Origin: an uncultured bacterium
Lineage (GTDB): Bacteria; Bdellovibrionota; Bacteriovoracia; Bacteriovoracales; CAZZBM01
Direction of reading: 5' to 3'
Length of the DNA: 64,000 nucleotides
Assembly (NCBI GenBank): GCA_964652255.1
Contig: CAZZBM010000001.1
Location: 604,489 to 668,488 of the forward strand
Below the pieces are notes generated by a model that ran no database searches, was not told the DNA's origin, and saw nothing but the letters and a program-made list of their open reading frames with translations. Of this stretch, positions 55,767-64,000 are shown piece by piece; position 1 is the stretch's first letter; every line of letters starts with the position of its first letter. The position numbers and the translations under genes are program-made.

Positions 55767-57023
55767 ATGTCATCATTATTTGAAGGAGAGTTTTTTGAAG
55801 GAACTCTTAATTTTGTTCAAGATTCAGCTCAATTTTTAAAATTAGAAAAAGATTTTATTCAAAGATTACTAACTCCTGAGAGAAGTTTACAAGTATCACT
55901 TCCTATTACTATGGACAATGGAACTGTTAAGGTTTTTCAAGGATACCGAGTTCATTACTCTACAACACTTGGTCCAGGTAAAGGAGGTGTTAGATATCAT
56001 GAAGATGTCTCTCTTTCTGAAACAGCAGCTCTAGCACTTTTAATGACCTTAAAATGTGCTCTAGTGGGATTACCTTTAGGAGGAGCTAAAGGGGGCATTA
56101 AAGTCAATCCTAAAGAATTATCTTTGTCAGAACTAGAAAGATTATCAAGAAGATATATTCTTGAAATTCATCCGATTATAGGTCCAGCAAGAGATATTCC
56201 TGCTCCTGATATTGGAACAGATGAACAAGTGATGGCTTGGTATATGGATGCTTATTCAGAATTACAAGGTTATGCTGTTCCTGGAATTATCACTGGTAAA
56301 CCCATAGAGCTAGGAGGATCTTTAGGAAGACAAGAAGCTACAGGTCTGGGTGTTGTTTATTGTTTAGACTTTGCTTTAAATCATTTAAAAAAAAATCTTC
56401 TTGGTATGACTATTGCTCTTCAAGGTTTTGGAAAGGTAGCTATCCCAGCAGCTCTAGAACTTTATAAAAAAGGATGTAAGATTGTGGCTGTATCAGATAA
56501 CTTGGGTGGTCTTTATGATGAAAAAGGTCTTCCTGTTGAAGAACTTGTTCGTTTTGTAAGAAGTGGTTCTTCTTTACAAAATTTTTCTCAAGGAAAAAAA
56601 ATATCTAATGAAGAATTATTAACCCTGCCTGTTGATATTCTTATTCCTGCTGCTATTGATGGAGTGATTACCTTAAAAAATGCTTCTCATATTCAAGCAA
56701 AAATTATTGCTGAAGGAGCTAATGGTCCTATTGTGAACGAAGCTATGACTGTTTTAGAGAAAAAAAATATTTTTATTATTCCTGATATCTTATGCAATGC
56801 TGGAGGAGTGATTGTTTCTTATATGGAATGGGTTCAAAATAGTCAAAGATTTTTATGGCGACTAGAAACTATTCAAAAAGAACTTCATCATATTTTGGAG
56901 CAATCTTTTAAGGAAGTTTTAAAGACTCAAGAAGAATATAAGGTTTCTTTTAAAAAAGCAGCGCAATTATTAGCTTTAAAAAAATTAATCAAAGCTATGA
57001 AACTAAGAGGTCTTTCTTCTTAA
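55767..57023 (+). CDS. gdhA: glutamate dehydrogenase (Glu/Leu/Phe/Val dehydrogenase family)
   Basis: GPGKGGVRYH and LGGAKGG motifs; GFGKVA Rossmann motif. Confidence 0.9.
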   Translation: MSSLFEGEFFEGTLNFVQDSAQFLKLEKDFIQRLLTPERSLQVSLPITMDNGTVKVFQGYRVHYSTTLGPGKGGVRYHEDVSLSETAALALLMTLKCALVGLPLGGAKGGIKVNPKELSLSELERLSRRYILEIHPIIGPARDIPAPDIGTDEQVMAWYMDAYSELQGYAVPGIITGKPIELGGSLGRQEATGLGVVYCLDFALNHLKKNLLGMTIALQGFGKVAIPAALELYKKGCKIVAVSDNLGGLYDEKGLPVEELVRFVRSGSSLQNFSQGKKISNEELLTLPVDILIPAAIDGVITLKNASHIQAKIIAEGANGPIVNEAMTVLEKKNIFIIPDILCNAGGVIVSYMEWVQNSQRFLWRLETIQKELHHILEQSFKEVLKTQEEYKVSFKKAAQLLALKKLIKAMKLRGLSS

Positions 57024-59233
57024 ATTCTTTCTTGTTCTTCTAAGTTAAAACCTTTCTTTAAAGAAACCTTTAAAGGTATCTTTAAAGGATAAATAGATTC
57101 CATAATCTTCTTCACTTGAAATGAAAAATCTTGAAGTTTTTCTTCAGGACATTCAAAAATAAGTTCATCATGAATTTGAAGAAGAAGAAAAGTATCCTTG
57201 GGAAGAATTTCATAAATTTTAATCATACTTAATTTGATAAGATCAGCTGCTGTTCCTTGAATAGGAGTGTTCACTGCTGCTCTTTCAGCAAAAGAACGAA
57301 TAAAGGCTTGAGAAGAGTTAATTTCAGGAAGATAACGCCTTCTTCCTAAAAGGGTCTCAACATAAGAATCATGTCGGCATTGGTCCTTTAACGATTCTAT
57401 AAAACTTTTTACTTTAGTAAATTTTTGAAAATAATTTTGAATAAAAGATTTAGCTTCTTCATAAGAAACTTTTAAGTTTTCAGCTAAAGACTGAGCGCCT
57501 TGACCATAAAGAAGAGAAAAATTAATCATTTTGGCAAAATTTCTTTTTTGATCATCTACTTCATCAAAAAGAATTTTAGCTGTAGCGAGATGGATATCTC
57601 CATCTTTTTGAAAAGTTTCAATAAGGTAAGGATCTTCACTAAAATGAGCTAGAATTCTTAACTCTATTTGTGAATAATCAGCTGAGAGAAAAATTTTATG
57701 TGCAGGTGCTATAAAGCCTTTTCTGAGTGAACGACCTAAAGAGGACTTAATGGGAATATTTTGTAAGTTAGGTTTTTCACATGAAAGCCTCCCTGTGACA
57801 ACTTTTGTTTGTAAAAAAGTAGGGTGTAATCTATGTTTTTCATCTTGCAGTTGAAGAAAGTTTCTTACATAAGTAGTAAGAAGTTTTTCAATTTCTCGAT
57901 ATTGTAATAATAAATCAAAAATTTCATGATGAGTTTTTTCTTTAAGTTTTTCTAAAACATCACTATCTGTTGAATATCCTGTTTTTGTTTTTCTAACAAC
58001 AGGAAACTTCATTTCTTGAAAAAGAACTTCAGCAAGTTGTTTGGGTGAATTTAAATTAATTTCTTTTTGAAAAAAAGAAAAAATTTTTTTACTCAAGTTA
58101 TTTGATTCCTGAGTCCATTCATGATCTAGATTTTTATAAAATTTTTCATTAATTAAAATTCCATGAGTTTCCATTTTAGCAAGAATAAAAGAAATTTTTT
58201 TTTCTAAAAGATAAAGATTATAAAGCTTTTCATCTTTTTTTAATTCCAAAAAAAGATTTTCAATGTCAATTTGCTCATGATAGGCTTTATTAAGGATAAA
58301 ACAAATCAATTCTGAATCTTCAAAAGTTGTACTCCAGTTTTCTTGATTTTTAAAAAAATTTTTTAGACTAGGTTTAAAGACTAAATGATCTTTTTCTTCT
58401 ATTTTAAATAGTTTTTTTGAAAGAGAGAAAAATTCCATATTGGTTAAAAAATTCTTAAAAGAATCTAAATGTAAATTCACCTGCTCAGCTTTACTTAAAA
58501 GATGTAGATCTTTTTTTAATAAAACAAGTTCTTGTGTAAGATCCATATGAAGAAATTCCTGTAAAGCTTTTTGAATCTTTTTATTTTTAATTTGATTTAA
58601 ATCAATATCTTTAAGAGTAGAAAATTGTTGTAAAAGCTTTTTAGCTCCTTCTTTACCAATTCCAGGAACTCCAGGGATATGATCAGAGCTATCCCCTACA
58701 AGAGTGAGATAATCTCCCATTTGATGTGGATGAACTCCAAATTTTTCAAAAACTTTTTTACTATCAATAATTTGATCATCTTTTAAAGACCATAAAAAAG
58801 TTTTTTCATCAATAAGTTGATACAGATCTTTATCCTCTGAAAGGATTAAAAATCGATCAAAATTATTTTTATTTTGGATTACAAAAGAAGCAATAATATC
58901 ATCTGCTTCATAACCTTTGACCTTAATAATAGGTAATTCTAGACTTTTAAAAAAATCTTCAATGAGTTGAAACTGAGGAATAAGATCTTCGGGAGTTTCT
59001 CCTCTATTAGATTTATATTCTTGGTAAATTTCTTTTCTATAATTTTCTTCTCTTGGACCATCGGCGGCAATAACAATAAAAGCTTCTGGTTTTTTTTGAA
59101 CAACTTTAATAAAACTCGTAACGACTCCGTAGAGAGCCTGAACAGGCACTCCCTGAGAGGTTCTTAGTTCTTTTAAAGCATGATAAGATCTAAAAATTAA
59201 ATGTGATAGATCAAAAATTAAACATTCTTTCAC
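57020..59233 (-). CDS. polA: DNA polymerase I (5' nuclease + polymerase; 3'-5' exonuclease region largely missing)
   Basis: N-terminal 5'-3' exonuclease/FEN domain, pol motifs (DYSQIELR, KMINFSLLYG, LQIHDELIFE). Only 737 aa. Confidence 0.9.
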   Translation of the reverse strand: MKECLIFDLSHLIFRSYHALKELRTSQGVPVQALYGVVTSFIKVVQKKPEAFIVIAADGPREENYRKEIYQEYKSNRGETPEDLIPQFQLIEDFFKSLELPIIKVKGYEADDIIASFVIQNKNNFDRFLILSEDKDLYQLIDEKTFLWSLKDDQIIDSKKVFEKFGVHPHQMGDYLTLVGDSSDHIPGVPGIGKEGAKKLLQQFSTLKDIDLNQIKNKKIQKALQEFLHMDLTQELVLLKKDLHLLSKAEQVNLHLDSFKNFLTNMEFFSLSKKLFKIEEKDHLVFKPSLKNFFKNQENWSTTFEDSELICFILNKAYHEQIDIENLFLELKKDEKLYNLYLLEKKISFILAKMETHGILINEKFYKNLDHEWTQESNNLSKKIFSFFQKEINLNSPKQLAEVLFQEMKFPVVRKTKTGYSTDSDVLEKLKEKTHHEIFDLLLQYREIEKLLTTYVRNFLQLQDEKHRLHPTFLQTKVVTGRLSCEKPNLQNIPIKSSLGRSLRKGFIAPAHKIFLSADYSQIELRILAHFSEDPYLIETFQKDGDIHLATAKILFDEVDDQKRNFAKMINFSLLYGQGAQSLAENLKVSYEEAKSFIQNYFQKFTKVKSFIESLKDQCRHDSYVETLLGRRRYLPEINSSQAFIRSFAERAAVNTPIQGTAADLIKLSMIKIYEILPKDTFLLLQIHDELIFECPEEKLQDFSFQVKKIMESIYPLKIPLKVSLKKGFNLEEQERI

Positions 59234-59658
59234 TTCTTAAGAACTGTTGTATGAGAAATAAGGTCACTTAGTCTAGATTGAACACTCATTAAAAAAAAGA
59301 TTTCTAGAAGAGCAAAAGTTAAAAGAAGAAAACAACTTAAAATAAAACCCCAAAAGGTAAAAAGACCAAGAATCATGAAAATAATATAGAAAAGATTTCT
59401 TTCAGCTCCTTCCTTTAGATTCAAAGAGCTTTGTTCATTGTCTATTTTAATAGTTTTTAAAGAAAAGAGTCTTTTTCCTAAAGCAAATTGTTCTGTTTCA
59501 CTGGCTGCTAAAAAAAAAATAGCAACTAAGGTTCCAAATCGACCTAAAAAAATCATTAACAAAACAATGAAAGCAATATCAATAGACTTGGCTAAAAACC
59601 TTTCAATAAAAGAAGCTTGGCTTGCAAAAGTTTTACGATTGTCGTAAAATAAGGTCAC
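59230..59658 (-). CDS. small membrane protein (RDD-like?)
   Basis: FIERFLAKSIDIAF followed by TM segments loosely resembles the RDD family. Overlaps the polA start by 4 nt. Confidence 0.3.
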   Translation of the reverse strand: MTLFYDNRKTFASQASFIERFLAKSIDIAFIVLLMIFLGRFGTLVAIFFLAASETEQFALGKRLFSLKTIKIDNEQSSLNLKEGAERNLFYIIFMILGLFTFWGFILSCFLLLTFALLEIFFLMSVQSRLSDLISHTTVLKK

Positions 59659-59686
59659 TCTTTAAGAGTAAAAAGGAGCTAAGAAA

Positions 59687-60013
59687 ATGTCAATTCAAGA
59701 TCTTAATGAAAAAGATTTTAATGAAATCGTATTAAAAAGTGAAAAACCTGTCATTGTTGATTTTTGGGCTCCTTGGTGCGGTCCCTGCCGAGCACTACAT
59801 CCTATCCTAGAAGAAATGAGTCAAGACTTAAAAGAAGAAGCTCTTATTGTTAAAATTAATGTTGATAATAATCCTAATCTCTCCATGGCTTATCAAGTGA
59901 GAAGTATCCCTACTCTTGTTTTTTTTCATCAAGGACAATTAAAAGGAAGATTAGTTGGAGTGTTACCTAAAAATAATATTGTCGATGAATTTAGAAGAAC
60001 TATAAAATCTTAA
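59687..60013 (+). CDS. trxA: thioredoxin
   Basis: WAPWCGPC active site; 108 aa. Confidence 0.9.
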   Translation: MSIQDLNEKDFNEIVLKSEKPVIVDFWAPWCGPCRALHPILEEMSQDLKEEALIVKINVDNNPNLSMAYQVRSIPTLVFFHQGQLKGRLVGVLPKNNIVDEFRRTIKS

Positions 60014-60155
60014 AAAAGGAGATTTTATTTTTTTTATTTTTTTACTTTTTTCTACCAAACAAGAAATTTATTGGCAACCTTTTCCTGCTATATATAATAA
60101 ATTTTTTGTTGACTCTGATTTTTATAAGAAAAAATTAGAAAATATCCCTAGTCTT

Positions 60156-61079
60156 TTGTCAGAAATGATTTTTGGACAAGAGAACACTTATGAAATAGTA
60201 AAAAATGATCTAAATTTTTATTTTAAACAGCTTTTTTTTTACATAGAGAAAGAAAAAAATTCTCAGAAAAATTCTCAAAAAAAATTATTTTATTTTTTAT
60301 TACAAAAATATCTTTATCAAAATTTAAAGATATATTCCACTATTATAAAAAATAATAATCTTTTATATATGAATACTGATCAATCTATAAAAAAAATTCT
60401 TCAGAATTTAATTATTTCTGATTATGAAGAAAATTTTTCTATTTCAAAATTTATTTTATTTTTTTTAACATGTGCAGTAAATGATATTATTGAATCGGAA
60501 TATTTTGAAGAAAAGACTACTAATCGTTTTATTAAAAATTTATCTTCTTATTTGAATTCTTTTTTTCAAGAATATTTTAAAATTAATTTTTTTGAAAGTA
60601 GTGATGGTTTTAAAAAAACTATAGCTTCATTTCATGAGTCTTATTATTTTCAAAATTTTGAAGATATTAAAGAAAAATATATGTTTTTTTTAAGTTTTAT
60701 TTCACAGGAAAAAAAACTTATTAATGATAAAAAATATCTAGAAATAATTAAAAATAATCTTTATGAGAGATCGCTCATAGAGGTAGAAAATTATGTAGAT
60801 CAATTATTTGATCAAATCGAATATATTTTAACTATAAGACCTGACAAAGTAATGATTTATTTTTTTTATTCTTTAGGAAAAATATTAGAATCTTTAGAAG
60901 ATATTCATGGAAAAGATAAATTAAAAAATAATATTTTTTTAACAAGAGAAGCTTTTTTTCATGATCTTTTAATGGAGTTCTTATTTGATAATTTTTTATT
61001 ATATGAATTTGAAATAATAAGAATATTTAAAAAAGGTAATTATTCTCCTTTATTAAAAAAAAAGATTTCTTTAAATTAA
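60156..61079 (+). CDS. hypothetical protein (orphan, extremely AT-rich)
   Basis: 307-aa ORF. The track start is TTG; an ATG at 60165 is more likely. No motif recognised. Confidence 0.4.
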   Translation: MSEMIFGQENTYEIVKNDLNFYFKQLFFYIEKEKNSQKNSQKKLFYFLLQKYLYQNLKIYSTIIKNNNLLYMNTDQSIKKILQNLIISDYEENFSISKFILFFLTCAVNDIIESEYFEEKTTNRFIKNLSSYLNSFFQEYFKINFFESSDGFKKTIASFHESYYFQNFEDIKEKYMFFLSFISQEKKLINDKKYLEIIKNNLYERSLIEVENYVDQLFDQIEYILTIRPDKVMIYFFYSLGKILESLEDIHGKDKLKNNIFLTREAFFHDLLMEFLFDNFLLYEFEIIRIFKKGNYSPLLKKKISLN

Positions 61080-62014
61080 TGGTTTATAGTGAAAAGATAA
61101 AATCTTTGGGTTTTTCTGCTTGGGGATATACAGAAATTTTAGAACCAATATCTTATGATCTATTTCAAGAGTATAATAAAATATATCCTCATAAATTAAA
61201 ATATCTTCAAAATGAACGAGCTTTAAAAAGAAAATCTTTAAAATTAATTTATCCTGAAGTTCAAAGTGCTCTTGTTGTTCTTTGGGATTATAAGTCTTCA
61301 AAAAAAACTTTAAACAGATTCAATAAAATAGCTTCTTATGTTTTTGCTTTTGAAGAAGATTACCATACTGTTTTAAAAAGTAAGCTAAAAGAATTAGGAG
61401 ATTTTCTTCAGTGTGGTTATAAAATTTGTGTCGATACTGAAAGTCTTCTAGAAAAAGATCTTGCTGTAAGAGCTGGATTGGGCTGGATTGGTAAAAACTC
61501 TCTTCTTTTAAATTCGAAATTAGGTTCCTATACCCTCATAGGAAATCTTCTTTTAGATAAAAAATTAGAATTAAAACAACCTTCTCAAGAAAAAGATCAT
61601 TGCGGACAGTGTCAAAGATGTATTGAGTCTTGCCCCACTGAAGCTATTCATGAAGGAAGAAGTTTAAATATTAATCAATGCTTAAGTACCTTTACCATTG
61701 AAACCTTTAAAGATGAAAAACCTCCTCAAAATTACCTCAATAGTGAAAAATATTTTGGATGTGATATCTGTCAAGAAGTGTGCCCCTGGAATGATAAACC
61801 CCTAACAAGATCTTTAGAAGAAAATTTTGGATCTAGAAGAAATCAATTATTAACTTTTTTTCAACAAGATTTATCAGTTCTCTTTAAAAAAGTTCAACAA
61901 TTGTCTAAAAAACAATATGCCTTATTTTTTCAAAAAACTGCCTTTATTCGTTTGGGTAAAAAAGGTCTTATAAAGAATTTAAAACACTTTTTAACAAATC
62001 AGGAAGATAACTAG
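61079..62014 (+). CDS. queG: epoxyqueuosine reductase
   Basis: Two 4Fe-4S motifs, CGQCQRCIESCP and CDICQEVCPWN; GLGWIGKNSLL motif. Confidence 0.8.
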   Translation: MVYSEKIKSLGFSAWGYTEILEPISYDLFQEYNKIYPHKLKYLQNERALKRKSLKLIYPEVQSALVVLWDYKSSKKTLNRFNKIASYVFAFEEDYHTVLKSKLKELGDFLQCGYKICVDTESLLEKDLAVRAGLGWIGKNSLLLNSKLGSYTLIGNLLLDKKLELKQPSQEKDHCGQCQRCIESCPTEAIHEGRSLNINQCLSTFTIETFKDEKPPQNYLNSEKYFGCDICQEVCPWNDKPLTRSLEENFGSRRNQLLTFFQQDLSVLFKKVQQLSKKQYALFFQKTAFIRLGKKGLIKNLKHFLTNQEDN

Positions 62015-62687
62015 CCACTTGATGGGGTAAGTGATGAGGAAGATGTTGAGGTTTAATAACTTGATAAAAATTATCTGGTCCTAAAAGCTTGATTAATTCT
62101 TCCATCCCTTGCTTTCCTACAACTTGATCGTCTTCCCCTGAAATCAAAACAAGGTCTTGATTCTTTATTTGTAGTTTTTTTTTCTCCTCTTGAACCCACT
62201 GAAAAACTTTTTTTGTATCTAAGTTCTCAATAAGAGCACTCCTGAATTTTAATAAAAAAGCAAAGGGAGGATACTCATAGAGATGTTTTTCATAGTTGGG
62301 ATCATATCCTAGTCCAGCCACAAGAACTTTTAAAGGAGGTAAAATTGAAGCTGCTTTAAGTGCTAAAAGAGAACCAAGAGAAAATCCTCCGTATATAAAG
62401 TTTTGATGATTAAAAAATTTTCTTGCTTCTAAAAAGAGTAAATGACACTCTTGCTCGAAATTTTCTAAATTTACAGAGTTGGAATTTCCTAGAAGATGAT
62501 TAGGAAGATCAAAAATCACGCAAGACACATCAAGTTCAAGACATTTCATCATCCAAGCTACATGATCTTGTTTACTAGAGCTATAACCATGGGTAAATAA
62601 ACAGCATAAAGGCTTAGATCCCTCATAAACAAGAGCTGTTGTTTTAATATGATTGGTTTCTAGTAATTTTTTTTCGATTTTCATCAT
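61968..62687 (-). CDS. alpha/beta-fold hydrolase
   Basis: HGYSSSK and GFSLGS nucleophile elbow; about 240 aa. Confidence 0.55.
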   Translation of the reverse strand: MMKIEKKLLETNHIKTTALVYEGSKPLCCLFTHGYSSSKQDHVAWMMKCLELDVSCVIFDLPNHLLGNSNSVNLENFEQECHLLFLEARKFFNHQNFIYGGFSLGSLLALKAASILPPLKVLVAGLGYDPNYEKHLYEYPPFAFLLKFRSALIENLDTKKVFQWVQEEKKKLQIKNQDLVLISGEDDQVVGKQGMEELIKLLGPDNFYQVIKPQHLPHHLPHQVASYLPDLLKSVLNSL

Positions 62688-62731
62688 TGACTCTTATACC
62701 ATTTTTACGCTAAGTTAACATCGTCTCTTTT

Positions 62732-62807
62732 GCCCAGTTAGCTCAGTAGGTAGAGCAAAGGACTGAAAATCCTTGTGTCCGTGGTTCGATTCCGCGACTG
62801 GGCACCA
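62732..62807 (+). tRNA. tRNA-Phe (GAA), CCA encoded
   Basis: Hand-folded: GCCCAGT/ACTGGGC acceptor, anticodon loop CTGAAAA, TTCGATT T-loop. Confidence 0.9.
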
Positions 62808-62809
62808 AA

Positions 62810-63397
62810 TTAAAAATAAATATCACTCTCCTCTAATCTGATCTTGGGACTCTTAGATTCTTCTTTAGCATAGCCTACAGAACATAAAACAACTGTTCTA
62901 TAATCCTTTAAATCTAAGATTTTATTAAAGCCCTCCTCTTGAAATCCTTCCATGGGACAATGATTAATTTTCAGTAGAGAAGCTGTGCTCATTAAAAAAC
63001 CTAGGGCTAAATAAATTTGATTTTTTGCCCAAGCAAAGTGATCTTGTGGCAAAGTTTTTTCAATAAAACTTCTATAGTTTTTTTCTCTCTCTTCATTAAG
63101 CTCTCTTCTGGTAATCATTAACTGAAGACGTTTTTCTTTTTCTTCTTTACTAAATTTATCTTGAGCACAAAAAATAAAAAGATGAGAAGCTTCTAAAATT
63201 TGAGATTCATTTCCTTGGGCAAAATGAACTAATTCCTTTCTTCTTGAATCTTCACTTAAACAAAAGATCTTCCAAGGTTGAAAATTTAGAGAAGAAGGAC
63301 TCATTCTAATAGACTCTTTAAGTAAAAAAAGATTCTCTCTTGAAATTCTTTTAGAAGAATCAAATTTTTTACAAGAGTAACGTTCATAAAAAAACAT
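62810..63397 (-). CDS. NAD(P)H nitroreductase family protein
   Basis: RYSCKKFD and PSSLNFQPWKIF motifs typical of the nitroreductase fold. Confidence 0.7.
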   Translation of the reverse strand: MFFYERYSCKKFDSSKRISRENLFLLKESIRMSPSSLNFQPWKIFCLSEDSRRKELVHFAQGNESQILEASHLFIFCAQDKFSKEEKEKRLQLMITRRELNEEREKNYRSFIEKTLPQDHFAWAKNQIYLALGFLMSTASLLKINHCPMEGFQEEGFNKILDLKDYRTVVLCSVGYAKEESKSPKIRLEESDIYF

Positions 63398-63418
63398 AAT
63401 GTTTTTTATAAAATTTTT

Positions 63419-64000
63419 CTAAGGAAAACAAGTTTTATAATAAGGATGTTCTTCAAGCTCAAGATTATGTCTTGCAAAATTTTCATAAAGGTAAGCAATA
63501 TGATGACATTCTTGTTCAGAGGGAGGGTACTTTCTGGTATGTTCTTTGTGTGCCTTTTTTTTTGGATTTTTTAAACAGGAAAGATCTAAACAGTGAGAAT
63601 AGTTTTCAAGAAAAAAAAGAAGAGTTCTTGAATAAATAGCAAAGATTTCTTTTGGAACAAAAAAATATCTTTGACCTTGCAAAAGAGTCTTTGTAAGAAA
63701 TTTTCTTCGATCAGAAGTAGCTTTTAAAGAAAGGTTTCCTCGTAGATTATTGATCTTAACAAGTTCAGGGTAAAGATTATAAGGATGGTTTTTAACCTGA
63801 AAACAAAAGTCTGTTTTAGTAAAACAGGATTGAGGAATAATATGTTCAATGTTGGTAGAAGAAGGGAGAAATTTTTTATATTCTTTTTTTAGTTCATTTA
63901 AGTTCAAAGGATTGGGTAATCGAGAATAGAAAGTATAGGGGGCATTTAAGATAATATTTTTTAGAGTTTGAGGAAAAGAAAAGATAAAGAATATGAGCAT
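63419..64000 (-). CDS. endonuclease I (EndA)-like nuclease, possibly truncated by the window edge
   Basis: IEHIIPQS and HPYNLYPELVKINNLRGN parallel EndA EWEHVVPA and DMHNLQPSVGEVNGDRGN. An ATG sits exactly at the window end. Confidence 0.5.
   Translation of the reverse strand: MLIFFIFSFPQTLKNIILNAPYTFYSRLPNPLNLNELKKEYKKFLPSSTNIEHIIPQSCFTKTDFCFQVKNHPYNLYPELVKINNLRGNLSLKATSDRRKFLTKTLLQGQRYFFVPKEIFAIYSRTLLFFLENYSHCLDLSCLKNPKKKAHKEHTRKYPPSEQECHHIAYLYENFARHNLELEEHPYYKTCFP

Overview
Strongly AT-rich (by eye about 30% GC, not computed), very compact bacterial chromosome segment read with the standard code. It is almost entirely housekeeping genes. Many neighbours are joined by 4-nt ATGA start/stop overlaps, and many convergent gene pairs overlap at their 3' ends.

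Recognisable blocks:
- frr(partial)-uppS-cdsA-rseP-tsaB-pssA-truA-tig-like
- epmA and a comEC-like gene
- ftsY-rny
- corC-like, MIP channel and bcp
- ssb, dnaE, lnt, leuS
- M23 peptidase, ung, yebC, nhaD-like
- tRNA-Val-rpmF-fabH-fabD-fabG-acpP-fabF-glyA-nusB-like
- ruvX-mltG and a dksA-like/S8 protease/double-DsbA operon
- rho-prfA-tatC
- tRNA-Asp and tRNA-Leu
- engB, accA, cmk-like, rel/spoT, gdh, polA, trxA, queG
- tRNA-Phe, nitroreductase and a partial endonuclease I-like gene

The gene content (lnt, tatC, mltG, many lipoproteins, rny, rho, dksA, epmA) suggests a diderm bacterium with a reduced genome. I cannot assign a lineage. I saw no CRISPR array, transposase, integrase or recognisable defence system.

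The most unusual locus is 39.1-40.0 kb. It holds a tandem array of five short ORFs, four of them below the ORF-track length cutoff. Most have good Shine-Dalgarno sites. They encode paralogous mini-proteins with 9-12-residue hydrophobic N-termini and Asp/Gly/Pro-rich acidic tails. The array is convergent with the operon encoding a lipoprotein subtilase and a double-thioredoxin lipoprotein.

Other points worth a second look:
- a histone H1-like gene whose acidic C-terminal part is reachable only through a shift at an A10 tract
- a MIP channel lacking the post-NPA arginine and carrying a Cys-rich tail, next to a peroxiredoxin
- an orphan TadG-like 820-aa protein
- a GC/purine-rich structured intergenic element at about 55.1 kb

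All functional calls come from motif recognition by eye. No database searches were run.
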